From the IMG/VR virus record IMGVR_UViG_3300032225_001492, positions 1 to 26,991 of that record: a stretch of DNA of 26,991 bases; one strand, given 5' to 3'. This document shows, piece after piece, positions 1-8,797 of this stretch; the stretch's first letter is position 1, and the number at the start of each line of letters is the position of its first letter. The position numbers and the translations under genes are program-made. The notes beneath the pieces are model-generated. The model was not told where the DNA came from, made no database searches, and saw nothing but the letters and a program-made list of their open reading frames with translations. Source of the stretch: a virus (Duplodnaviria > Caudoviricetes).

Positions 1-168
1 ACCCGGTTCCGTTTGCCAATCTCACAAATTGAAACCACAGCAGGCGTTAAGTTTGCTTATCCAGCAGGCGCTAAAGAACTACAACCGGGTCAAGAATGGC
101 CTGTGGATTTTGGCAAGTTGACCCAGGCCAAACGTGCCAAGTGTGGTGCCAATGCCTCAGCCGACTGA
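1..168 (+). CDS. Partial CDS (C-terminus), possibly a DNA/RNA non-specific endonuclease
   Basis: Frame 1 is open from base 1 to TGA at 166-168: TRFRLPISQIETTAGVKFAYPAGAKELQPGQEWPVDFGKLTQAKRAKCGANASAD*. 'ISQIETTAGVKF' resembles the 'v..IE..tGl.F' C-terminal motif of NucA/EndoG-type nucleases. The product call is tentative. Confidence 0.55.
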   Translation, partial: TRFRLPISQIETTAGVKFAYPAGAKELQPGQEWPVDFGKLTQAKRAKCGANASAD

Positions 169-235
169 TCAATATCCAGTTTATCCCGAGGATGATGGCC
201 GCGATCGACATCGTAACCCTTATAGTCCGGTATAA
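152..235 (+). CDS. Putative 27-aa micro-ORF (MPQPTDQYPVYPEDDGRDRHRNPYSPV)
   Basis: ATG at 152 overlaps the end of the upstream gene and TAA is at 233-235. It fills the gap before the next promoter and is too short for the ORF track. Confidence 0.4.
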   Translation: MPQPTDQYPVYPEDDGRDRHRNPYSPV

Positions 236-249
236 AAGATAGCAAACCA

Positions 250-282
250 AAATTGGACATGTAAATACTACATGTCCAATTT
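250..282 (+). promoter_or_regulatory. 14-bp perfect hairpin enclosing a late-promoter box (TAAATA 262-267) and sequestering ATG 272
   Basis: AAATTGGACATGTA (250-263), loop AATAC, TACATGTCCAATTT (269-282). The arms are exact reverse complements. Confidence 0.8.
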
Positions 283-1402
283 CTATTGTGCCGCTCCCTG
301 GCGTGGCTTGCATATCAATCCTCAAGGCAATGTCAAAACATGTTGTGCTGGCAACCCCAACATGCTGGGCAACCTTAACTCAAACACAATAGAAGAAATT
401 TTAAACACCGATCTCATGACCGAGATACGTGCTGATCTAGCACAAGGTAGACCACATGAGTATTGCTCCAACTGTGTGCAAGCCGAACGCTTTGGTGCCG
501 ACTCTGAACGTGCTTGGCACAACCGTGTGAATCCTGATTTTGATTATGCAACGGCAGGTGATCACTATCATTATCCTGTGATATTTGATGTGCGATGGAA
601 CACAACTTGTAACCTGAGTTGTAACTATTGTGCGCCCAATTGCTCTAGCAAATGGGCCAGCATAAAAGGTGTGCCATTCCGTTCAGGCACACGACCCTAC
701 TATCAACAGGTGTGTGACTTCTTAGAGCAACATTACGAACACATACACGAAGTGGCCTTGGTAGGCGGCGAACCTTTGTTGTTGCCAGAGAACGAACGAC
801 TGTTAGACGTCATACCCAAGAGTGCTATTGTTACGCTAATTACAAACATGAACGTAGACTTGGAAAAGAACCGCATATTTCAAAAACTCACACAGCGACG
901 CAATGTGGGCTGGTCAATGAGTTTTGATAACGTTGGCGATAGACTGGAATATGTGCGACATGGGGCCAGTTGGCAGTTGTTGCAAGATAATTTACAAACA
1001 GTCAAAGAACTCATGAGGAACAATGGCCACTGGGGCGGCATACATGCTGTGTATAACATTTATAGTGCCACGCATCTTTGTGAGTTCAGGCAGTTTGCTG
1101 AAGACACTGGTACCTCTGTGCTGTGGCAAAACTTGTTTCAACCAGGCTACCTTGATCCATTCCTACACGGCCCAGAAGTAGCCCAACTGGCCAGTGACGA
1201 AATACATCGCTTTTATGCCATGGGTATTGCTACTGATGCAGAACGCCAGTTCTTTGATCAAGCACTAGAACGATATAGCCAGGCTCAGGCCAATCCCAAA
1301 ATACAACAACAGTTTCATAAACATATCCTGGACAATGAAACTGTGTACCACCCAGACAAGGCAGGCGAGTTTGCACAACTATGGCCGGAGTTGATCATAT
1401 GA
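272..1402 (+). CDS. Radical SAM protein with N-terminal twitch/SPASM-like Cys cluster
   Basis: CNLSCNYC (CxxxCxxC), GGEP motif, ITN and SFD strand motifs, N-terminal CAAPW..TCC..CSNC. Confidence 0.9.
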   Translation: MSNFYCAAPWRGLHINPQGNVKTCCAGNPNMLGNLNSNTIEEILNTDLMTEIRADLAQGRPHEYCSNCVQAERFGADSERAWHNRVNPDFDYATAGDHYHYPVIFDVRWNTTCNLSCNYCAPNCSSKWASIKGVPFRSGTRPYYQQVCDFLEQHYEHIHEVALVGGEPLLLPENERLLDVIPKSAIVTLITNMNVDLEKNRIFQKLTQRRNVGWSMSFDNVGDRLEYVRHGASWQLLQDNLQTVKELMRNNGHWGGIHAVYNIYSATHLCEFRQFAEDTGTSVLWQNLFQPGYLDPFLHGPEVAQLASDEIHRFYAMGIATDAERQFFDQALERYSQAQANPKIQQQFHKHILDNETVYHPDKAGEFAQLWPELII

Positions 1403-2988
1403 TAGGCGCAAAGAATACCTTAGACACGGTGTTAGTCAAAGCACCACACCGTAAAGAAACATTTACCGAATCTGAACTCGAAGAGTTTGCTCGATGTGCA
1501 GACCCTGTTACTGGTCCCATGTACTTCATGGACAACTTCTTTCATATACAACATCCGGTCAAAGGCAAGATGTTGTATCATGCTTTTGAATACCAACAGC
1601 GATTGATTGCAAACTATCACAACAATCGTTTCTCAATCTCATTGATGCCTCGACAAACAGGTAAGTCAACTTCGGCCGCTGGTTACTTGTTGTGGTATGC
1701 CATGTTTGTGCCTGATGCAACTATTCTCATTGCCGCACACAAGTACCTGGGCGCACAAGAGATCATGCAACGTATTCGTTATGCTTATGAACTGTGCCCC
1801 AATCATATCAGAGCAGGCGCAACCAGTTACAACAAAGGCAGTTTAGAGTTTGACAACGGTAGCCGTATTGTGAGTCAAACAACAACTGAAAATACTGGTC
1901 GTGGTATGAGTATTACCTTGCTATATCTAGACGAGTTTGCGTTTGTAAGGCCTACAATTGCCAAAGAGTTTTGGACTTCTATCACACCTACATTATCAAC
2001 TGGTGGTAAAGCAATTATCACAAGCACCCCCAACTCAGATGAAGATCAGTTTGCTTACATCTGGAAAGGTGCCAACAAGATTGAAGATGAATTTGGCAAC
2101 CCACGGCCAGACGGTCTGGGCATAAACGGATTCAAAGCATTTCGTGCGTTTTGGCGCGAGCACCCTGATCGTGATGACAAATGGGCCGCTGAGCAACGTA
2201 GTCAACTGGGAGACGAGCGTTTTCGTCGAGAGATGGACTGCGACTTTGTAATCAATGACGAGACATTGATTTCTCCTATCAAACTACTGGAACTGGAAGG
2301 TCAAGAACCCACGCACAAAACTGGACAAGTGCGTTGGTATCGACCCGTTGATCCGGATAAGATGTACATTGTGGCTCTTGATCCTTCTCTGGGCACCGGC
2401 GGCGACCCCAGTGCTATACAAGTGTTTGAAGCAGAAACTACAGAGCAAGTGGCCGAGTGGCGACACAACAAAACTGATGTGCCCACACAGATCAAAATAC
2501 TAGCAGACGTAATCAAAGAAATACACTCAGTGGTTAAAGATGAAAAGAAGATCTACTACTCGGTGGAAAACAATACTCTGGGTGAGGCAGCACTGATTTC
2601 TATTGCCGAATATGGGGAAGAAAATATTCCAGGCTATTTCTTAAGCGATAACTCAGTACAAGGCACCGGCGGACGACGAATTCGCAAAGGGTTTACTACT
2701 ACGAACAAGAGCAAGATTGTGGCTTGTAACAAGTTCAAAATCCTAATAGAATCTGGGCGTATGAAAATACACTCAAAACCCCTGCTTTCTGAACTCAAAA
2801 ACTTTGTTGCTAGTGGATCAGGTTATGCAGCCAAACCAGGAGAAACAGACGATCTTGTGATGGCAGGGCTACTGGCCACACGCATGCTGATGTTGCTACA
2901 ATCTTATCATGCGGATCTAAATTCCTACCTTAAAGACCACACAGACAACATAATTGAGCCGTTTCCGTTCATTGCGATGATGCGATAG
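1399..2988 (+). CDS. terL: Terminase large subunit (T4 gp17-like)
   Basis: Walker A PRQTGKST, Walker B LLYLDEFAF, coupling motif TSTPN, RNase H-like nuclease motifs ALDPS and DDLVMA. ATG 1399 overlaps the upstream TGA (ATGA); 1381 is an alternative start. Confidence 0.95.
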   Translation: MIGAKNTLDTVLVKAPHRKETFTESELEEFARCADPVTGPMYFMDNFFHIQHPVKGKMLYHAFEYQQRLIANYHNNRFSISLMPRQTGKSTSAAGYLLWYAMFVPDATILIAAHKYLGAQEIMQRIRYAYELCPNHIRAGATSYNKGSLEFDNGSRIVSQTTTENTGRGMSITLLYLDEFAFVRPTIAKEFWTSITPTLSTGGKAIITSTPNSDEDQFAYIWKGANKIEDEFGNPRPDGLGINGFKAFRAFWREHPDRDDKWAAEQRSQLGDERFRREMDCDFVINDETLISPIKLLELEGQEPTHKTGQVRWYRPVDPDKMYIVALDPSLGTGGDPSAIQVFEAETTEQVAEWRHNKTDVPTQIKILADVIKEIHSVVKDEKKIYYSVENNTLGEAALISIAEYGEENIPGYFLSDNSVQGTGGRRIRKGFTTTNKSKIVACNKFKILIESGRMKIHSKPLLSELKNFVASGSGYAAKPGETDDLVMAGLLATRMLMLLQSYHADLNSYLKDHTDNIIEPFPFIAMMR

Positions 2989-2993
2989 TGCGC

Positions 2994-2999
2994 TAAATA
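2994..2999 (+). promoter_or_regulatory. Late-promoter-like TAAATA box
   Basis: TAAATA lies 7 nt before ATG 3007 with no SD. The same motif recurs before several genes and resembles T4 late TATAAATA. Confidence 0.65.
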
Positions 3000-3006
3000 T
3001 ACTACC

Positions 3007-4893
3007 ATGGCAACTACAAACTCTATATCACAACAACTGCTGGACCTGCTGGCCACACGCAATTATCACCCCGAAATGCTGGACCGTATGGGCCGGCCTT
3101 GTGAAGCAGAAGATGCCAAAACATTCACATTTGACTATATTTCAGGCACGGGCAAGAACTACGGTACCATGGTCGTTGTGCTGGACAGCGATAACGAAAT
3201 GAAGATCATGTACGGGGACAATCTGGGCCGTACCATGGAAGGCGATGACAAATCAGAGTTCTTTGATTTCCTGCAACACCTGAATCAAAAAGCCACAAGC
3301 AATCGTTGGACACACAGCATAGCAGACATCAATCAACTCAAGCACACCATGCAAGGCATGGCAGCCATACAAGAAGGCTTGTTTGAAGGCTACTATGGTA
3401 CTCGGAAAGTCAGTTATGCAGGCGAACCTACTCAAGCCCGACTTCAAATTGTACACAGCCAACCCTTGGGCGAAGGTGATGCACGTTATCGTCACATTGA
3501 CCGGATGTTTATCGAAACAGCCGAAGGTGAAAAGTTCAAACTGGGTTTCAAAAGTCTAAGTGGCGCCAGAGCCATGTTGGAACATGTGCGCCAGGGCGGC
3601 AAGCCCTATGACATTCGTGGATGCCATATTTCAGAAACAGTGACCGAAATTGCTGTGTTGAGCCGTTTCAATAGAGCGTCAGCAAATCGCATCTTGGAAG
3701 GTGTTACACAAGAGTTGGTGACAGAAGCACAGGCGTATTATCAAAGTCTGCGTGAGAATCTCAAGCACATGGCCTCAGGCCGTGGTTACGCAAAGTATTT
3801 CGAATCGTGGCATCCGGCCACCATTAACGAACAAGAAGGTGTTGTAGACAACATCAAGACTCTGTTTATCGAACAGAGTATAGACAGCCGTATTGAAGCG
3901 GCATTACCACTGCTGGCCAAGATTCAGCAAAGAGGACAAGATATGAAAGAAGCAGATATTTTTGAAAACTGGATTAATAATCTATCAGAAGGCACATGGA
4001 CCCTGCCAGAAACTCCTGAGCAATTGGATAAGTTAAAAACACTCATGACCAAAGAACTCATTGTTGGTCCCGATGCTACCAACGCAACAGAACAACTGTA
4101 TGACTTGGTAGGCGATGACATTTTGTTTGATAGACTACATGCTCTGGCCGATCAAGATCCCAGAGCCAACTGCTGGAACGACACAGAAGTCATGAACCGC
4201 TTGGCCGAACTGGGCGTTGAAATGCCTGAGCCTTCAGCACCAGGCAATCCTGCTGAACCACAAACAGGTGCAACTGCTCCTGTGACGGCAGCCGTGCCAC
4301 CTAATCCTGCGCCACAAGGTGTGGCGGAAGGTGACAATCTGGCCACATTTGAAGACATCAACAGCATTCGCAACTTGGCCGGCTTGCCAGTGGCCGAAAG
4401 CCGTTTGATGGACTCGGCAGGTGAAACATTGCAACACATTCTGGGTCGTTTCAAACACGAAGTTAAAAACTTTGAAGCCGACGGTGACCTCAACGATGAG
4501 TTGTATCATGCCTTGTATGACTACTACAGTGACAATGGTGAAATGCCTTATGGTGTGGCCAAAGCACGTGATGGCGATCCTTACAACTGGATCAGCGACA
4601 AGTTAGCAGCCGAATTGGGCGTAAATGAAAATCTTATTGCCCCAATGGCCATGCCAGTGACCACAGAAGGTGCTGGTTGCAACATGACCGCCGAAGGTGA
4701 GTACTGTCCAGAACACGGCTTGGCTGAGTGCGGAATGGGCATGCCAGCAGGCATCATGGGCGAAAACATTTTTGACAAACCCAAACATGATGACCCAATC
4801 AACTACAATGCCGCAATCACTGGCTCATACTATGAGTCACGCGAAGGTGATGCCGCTTTGGCAAGAATAAAATCATTGGCTTTGCTCAAATGA
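3007..4893 (+). CDS. Hypothetical 628-aa protein, probable head internal/core protein
   Basis: Long acidic ORF after terL with a TAAATA box, a Pro/Ala linker, repeated hydrophobic-x-Glu sites (LFE, LSE, VAE, VNE) and two I-R/K-x-L-A motifs. Function is inferred. Confidence 0.7.
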   Translation: MATTNSISQQLLDLLATRNYHPEMLDRMGRPCEAEDAKTFTFDYISGTGKNYGTMVVVLDSDNEMKIMYGDNLGRTMEGDDKSEFFDFLQHLNQKATSNRWTHSIADINQLKHTMQGMAAIQEGLFEGYYGTRKVSYAGEPTQARLQIVHSQPLGEGDARYRHIDRMFIETAEGEKFKLGFKSLSGARAMLEHVRQGGKPYDIRGCHISETVTEIAVLSRFNRASANRILEGVTQELVTEAQAYYQSLRENLKHMASGRGYAKYFESWHPATINEQEGVVDNIKTLFIEQSIDSRIEAALPLLAKIQQRGQDMKEADIFENWINNLSEGTWTLPETPEQLDKLKTLMTKELIVGPDATNATEQLYDLVGDDILFDRLHALADQDPRANCWNDTEVMNRLAELGVEMPEPSAPGNPAEPQTGATAPVTAAVPPNPAPQGVAEGDNLATFEDINSIRNLAGLPVAESRLMDSAGETLQHILGRFKHEVKNFEADGDLNDELYHALYDYYSDNGEMPYGVAKARDGDPYNWISDKLAAELGVNENLIAPMAMPVTTEGAGCNMTAEGEYCPEHGLAECGMGMPAGIMGENIFDKPKHDDPINYNAAITGSYYESREGDAALARIKSLALLK

Positions 4894-4895
4894 GA

Positions 4896-5077
4896 TAAAT
4901 AAACACATGAAAGAAGTGTACGTAGTAGCGTACACTTCCGTAAACAACAAGTTAGGCAAAATTCTTTACCGTACTGGTAGGAAACACAGACAGGCTGTGT
5001 TAAAATAACCTTGTAGGCAGCATTTAAGCAAGACTTAAATTTTAAAATCATATTAACGCATAGAAAGGCAACACAAT
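4896..5077 (+). promoter_or_regulatory. Structured 5' leader of the SSB gene (TAAATA box plus four hairpins)
   Basis: TAAATA 4896-4901. Stems: GAAGTGTACG/CGTACACTTC (4913-4938), imperfect TTCTTTACC/GGTAGGAA (4962-4983), AACACAG/CTGTGTT (4983-5001), ATTTAAG/CTTAAAT (5022-5040). Confidence 0.7.
4907..5008 (+). CDS. Possible 33-aa leader peptide/uORF (MKEVYVVAYTSVNNKLGKILYRTGRKHRQAVLK)
   Basis: ATG lies 5 nt after TAAATA, the same spacing seen for real genes, and the frame is open to TAA 5006-5008. It may be incidental. Confidence 0.3.
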   Translation: MKEVYVVAYTSVNNKLGKILYRTGRKHRQAVLK

Positions 5078-6073
5078 ATGGCATCATTAGCAGATATTCG
5101 CGCACGTTTACAAGCGGCAGAATCAAAACAAGGTGGCTCATCCACCGAACGTGGAGACAACTCCATATACCCCCATTGGAACATGGAAGAGGGCGCCAGC
5201 GCAACACTACGCTTCCTTCCCGATGGTAATACAAAAAACACTTTCTTTTGGCAAGAACGAGCAATGATTCGTTTGCCTTTCAATGGCATCAAAGGAGAGA
5301 TGGAATCCAAACAAGTCATGGTACAAGTGCCTTGCGTGGAAATGTGGGGCGACGCCTGCCCAATCTTGGCAGAAGTACGCACCTGGTTCAAGGACAAGAG
5401 CCTTGAAGACATGGGTCGTAAGTACTGGAAAAAGCGTTCATACATCTTCCAAGGTTTTGTTCGTGAGAACCCCTTGAGCGAAGACAAGTCACCAGAGAAT
5501 CCCATACGCAGATTCATCATTGGTCCACAAATCTTTACAACTATCAAAGGAGCCTTGATGGATCCTGAGTTGGAAGAATTGCCAACAGACTATGTGCGTG
5601 GTTTGGACTTCCGTATTAGCAAAGGTGCCAAGGGCGGTTTTGCTGACTACAATGGATCAAAGTGGGCTAGAAAAGAGTCAGCCTTGACCGAAGCAGAACA
5701 AGCCGCAGTTGATGCACATGGTTTGTTTGACTTGAGCACATTCTTGCCCAAGAAGCCCTCTGACGTTGAGTTGAAGGTTATCAAAGAGATGTTTGAAGCA
5801 AGTGTTGATGGTCAGCCATATGACACCGAGCGTTGGGGTCAATACTTCCGCCCTGCTGGTGTACAAGCACCTGCTGGTGGATCTGCGGCATCAGCCGCAG
5901 ATGAAGGCACACCTGCTCCGGTGGCCAAGCCAGCACTCAAAGTGTCTGCACCTGCTGATGATTTTGATGACGAAGATGCTCCAGCACCAACTGCTCCTGT
6001 GGCAAAGCCAGCAGGGACTGGACAAAAGGCTGAAGATATCTTGGCCATGATCCGCGCACGTCAACAGAAGTAA
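5078..6073 (+). CDS. gp32: Single-stranded DNA-binding protein (T4 gp32-like)
   Basis: ATLRFLP motif, C..CP segment, YWKKRSY, GLDFRISK..GGFADY..SKW, acidic/Pro-Ala tail; located upstream of uvsX/uvsY. Confidence 0.9.
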   Translation: MASLADIRARLQAAESKQGGSSTERGDNSIYPHWNMEEGASATLRFLPDGNTKNTFFWQERAMIRLPFNGIKGEMESKQVMVQVPCVEMWGDACPILAEVRTWFKDKSLEDMGRKYWKKRSYIFQGFVRENPLSEDKSPENPIRRFIIGPQIFTTIKGALMDPELEELPTDYVRGLDFRISKGAKGGFADYNGSKWARKESALTEAEQAAVDAHGLFDLSTFLPKKPSDVELKVIKEMFEASVDGQPYDTERWGQYFRPAGVQAPAGGSAASAADEGTPAPVAKPALKVSAPADDFDDEDAPAPTAPVAKPAGTGQKAEDILAMIRARQQK

Positions 6074-6083
6074 TTGACAAATA

Positions 6084-6106
6084 TGCAAGCACCATTGGTG
6101 CTTGCA
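6084..6106 (+). terminator. Intergenic 10-bp hairpin after ssb (terminator-like or processing site, no U tract)
   Basis: TGCAAGCACC-ATT-GGTGCTTGCA perfect inverted repeat. Confidence 0.5.
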
Positions 6107-6116
6107 CTTACCTATT

Positions 6117-7025
6117 ATGAAATTTTCTTTGGTATTTGAGAACACCGGTGATAGTATACCTTTTGAGGTAATATACAATCACGAGTTGTTTGAGTTTTTT
6201 GTAGAAAATTCGATTAGCAATAATCAGAACAAATTTTCTGACCAGCAAAAAATAGCAAAACAAGTCAGTAAAGGTTTAACCGATCTTCAATGGGCACTGT
6301 CAAATACCAACGAGGTTTTGTATGATCTTGTGGGGATTAACTTTTCACAGTCAGACAATCTGGAAAAATATTTAGACCAAAATCTGCTTAACCGCATACA
6401 TGCCGAATGGGTATTTTCACAAAATCATCGGGTGCAAGTACATCAATTGAGATTTAGTCAAAATTTAAATTCTGCTAGATTAGGTGAGAAACTGCATGAT
6501 CAATTTCCAGATGAAATATCTGAAACAAAACTAGCAGTAGTCATGCAACACATCGGACGTATTTTTCCATACGAAGAGGTTAACATGGCAATTCATAGAT
6601 TGGAAAAAATTTTTACTAGTCCTATTGCTTTTGACGCTGGTGCCAAGTGGGAAATATTTGACAATCCATTTCACAAAACATCTATGGTTTCTACTGCGGA
6701 TCGTGTGAATTTCGCTTTTGGATATACCTATGTGGGCCGGCAACTGCTCAACAAGTTTGAATATTTTGATATGAATCTTGATTGCAACGATCATTATAAC
6801 TATGAAACGTTAGAATACTCGTTCAATCTCAGTTTACAACAACCCGAAACCATAGCGTTTAGCCCAGAATTTTTGGCTTGGTGCAAGCAACATAATCGCC
6901 AACCCATGGCCAATCAAATTCCTATTGCTAATATGATTGATCTAGATAAACACTTGACTAAGTATCGCAAAATACTTTATAATAACTCACAGGCAAATAA
7001 TTCTGCCAGCATTATTTTACATTGA
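6117..7025 (+). CDS. Hypothetical protein (AT-rich, between ssb and uvsX)
   Basis: 302-aa ORF from ATG 6117 (MKFSLVFENTGD); no recognisable motif. Confidence 0.8.
   Translation: MKFSLVFENTGDSIPFEVIYNHELFEFFVENSISNNQNKFSDQQKIAKQVSKGLTDLQWALSNTNEVLYDLVGINFSQSDNLEKYLDQNLLNRIHAEWVFSQNHRVQVHQLRFSQNLNSARLGEKLHDQFPDEISETKLAVVMQHIGRIFPYEEVNMAIHRLEKIFTSPIAFDAGAKWEIFDNPFHKTSMVSTADRVNFAFGYTYVGRQLLNKFEYFDMNLDCNDHYNYETLEYSFNLSLQQPETIAFSPEFLAWCKQHNRQPMANQIPIANMIDLDKHLTKYRKILYNNSQANNSASIILH
6954..6983 (+). promoter_or_regulatory. sigma70-like promoter inside the upstream ORF, probably for uvsX
   Basis: TTGACT (6954-6959), 18 nt spacer, TATAAT (6978-6983), about 50 nt before the uvsX ATG. Confidence 0.5.
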
Positions 7026-7036
7026 AAGAAAACATT

Positions 7037-8095
7037 ATGGGAAAACCATTTGACGTAAGTAAATTCCGCAAGGAAATCACCAAGAGCATTGACGGATTGT
7101 CAATTGGCTTTAACGATCCAACAGACTGGATCTCAACAGGCAACTTTGCCCTGAACTACTTGATCTCAGGAGACTTCAATCGTGGCATTCCCCTGGGCAA
7201 GGTCACTGTGTTTGCCGGCGATTCGGGCGCAGGTAAAAGTTATATTTGTTCAGGTAATATTGTTAAGAACGCACAAGAGCAAGGCATCTTTGTTGTGCTG
7301 ATCGACAGTGAAAACGCATTGGATGAAGACTGGCTCAAGGCACTTGGCGTTGATACCTCAGAAAGCAAATTGCTCAAATTGAGCATGGCCATGATCGATG
7401 ACGTGGCAAAAACTATTTCAACATTCATGAGCGACTACAAGGCCTTGGCCGAAGGCGAGCGTCCCAAGGTTATGTTTGTGATTGACTCACTGGGCATGTT
7501 GCTCACTCCCACAGACGTTAATCAATTTGATGCAGGTGAAATGAAAGGTGACTTGGGTCGCAAGCCCAAAGCACTCACTGCCCTGGTTCGTAATTGTGTC
7601 AACATGTTTGGTAGTTACAATGTGGGCTTGGTATGTACCAACCATACATATGCAAGCCAGGATATGTTTGATCCTGATGACAAGATCTCCGGAGGTCAAG
7701 GCTTTATCTATGCATCAAGCATTGTGGTGGCCATGAAGAAGATGAAACTCAAAGAAGATGAGGATGGCAACAAAGTGTCTGAAGTAAACGGTATCCGTGC
7801 CGGTTGCAAAGTTATGAAAACACGCTATGCCAAGCCCTTTGAAGGGGTGCAGGTCAAGATCCCCTACACAACAGGTATGAGTCCGTATTCTGGATTGGTT
7901 GACTTAATTGAGAAAAAAGAAATGCTCAAGCGTGAAGGCAACAGCCTGGTGTTTACCACAAGCGATGGCGAAATTATCAAGAAGTTTCGTAAGGCCTGGG
8001 AAAAGAATGACGACTCGTGTCTGGACAAAGTAATGGCAGACTTTGGAAATCAGAAAGCCGAGGTAAGTACTCCGGAGGAAACAACAGATGAGTGA
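7037..8095 (+). CDS. uvsX: RecA-like recombinase UvsX
   Basis: Walker A GDSGAGKS, IDSENA, Walker B VIDSLG, TNHTY, ISGG, KTR. ATG 7037 (MGKPFDVSKFRK) is the preferred start. Confidence 0.95.
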   Translation: MGKPFDVSKFRKEITKSIDGLSIGFNDPTDWISTGNFALNYLISGDFNRGIPLGKVTVFAGDSGAGKSYICSGNIVKNAQEQGIFVVLIDSENALDEDWLKALGVDTSESKLLKLSMAMIDDVAKTISTFMSDYKALAEGERPKVMFVIDSLGMLLTPTDVNQFDAGEMKGDLGRKPKALTALVRNCVNMFGSYNVGLVCTNHTYASQDMFDPDDKISGGQGFIYASSIVVAMKKMKLKEDEDGNKVSEVNGIRAGCKVMKTRYAKPFEGVQVKIPYTTGMSPYSGLVDLIEKKEMLKREGNSLVFTTSDGEIIKKFRKAWEKNDDSCLDKVMADFGNQKAEVSTPEETTDE

Positions 8096-8345
8096 AGCAA
8101 TAGCCAGTGAGATTTGGGGAGAACTCAAGCGTTTTGTAAATACAGTGGACCGTGCCGAAGCCGCCGAAACTGTGATACAGATCTTGATGGACAATGATTC
8201 CACAGCCGAAGACATCCGTGATGCTTTCAAAGGCGACAGTGACATCAAACGGGCGTTGACCGCATACCTTGACAACGACAAGGACTATGAAGAAGAGGAA
8301 GAAGAAGACGAAGAGGAAGAAGAAGACGAAGACTGGGAAAACTGA
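8088..8345 (+). CDS. Small acidic hypothetical protein
   Basis: 85 aa with SD GGAGG upstream, overlapping both neighbours; poly-Glu/Asp C-terminus. Confidence 0.8.
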   Translation: MSEAIASEIWGELKRFVNTVDRAEAAETVIQILMDNDSTAEDIRDAFKGDSDIKRALTAYLDNDKDYEEEEEEDEEEEEDEDWEN

Positions 8346-8797
8346 TGTGGTACAGTCGTGTAGTTGCCAGTTTAGCCGCCCTCCCGGACTTTATCGCTCA
8401 CTATGAGCGTGAACTTGAAGATGCCAAACGAGACTGCAAGATCTATGGCATAGTAGAAAAAAATATCACAGCCTTACCCGGTATTACCGAACATAGATTT
8501 AATCAGTTACAAGAGATCGAAGCAGTACTAAACTATCTCAATATTCAATTGCGCAAGATACGTAGAAAGCATTTTCAAAAGTATCTTGAAGGCTATGCTC
8601 GGGCCTTGACTTCAAGAGATGCTGAAAAATATGTGGATGGTGAGGACGAAGTTATTGATTACGAAACCATCATTAACGAAGTGGCATACCTGCGCAATCG
8701 CTGGTTGGGTATCCTCAAAGGCCTAGATACCAAACAGTGGCAAATGGGGCATGTGGTGCGACTAAGAACTGCGGGCATGGAAGACATCCAGGTGTAA
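8345..8797 (+). CDS. uvsY: UvsY-like recombination mediator
   Basis: 150-aa helical protein downstream of uvsX, with 'DAEKYVDGED' and 'LKGLDTKQWQ...LR.AG' patterns typical of UvsY. Confidence 0.8.
   Translation: MWYSRVVASLAALPDFIAHYERELEDAKRDCKIYGIVEKNITALPGITEHRFNQLQEIEAVLNYLNIQLRKIRRKHFQKYLEGYARALTSRDAEKYVDGEDEVIDYETIINEVAYLRNRWLGILKGLDTKQWQMGHVVRLRTAGMEDIQV

Noticed and set aside
6074-6079. TTGACA after the ssb stop as a promoter -35
   Set aside because: No -10 hexamer at 16-18 nt spacing; that position falls in the hairpin arm.
8289-8331. GAA/GAG purine-rich repeat
   Set aside because: It simply encodes the poly-Glu/Asp tail and is not a DNA repeat element. A DNA-mimic role cannot be supported from sequence alone.
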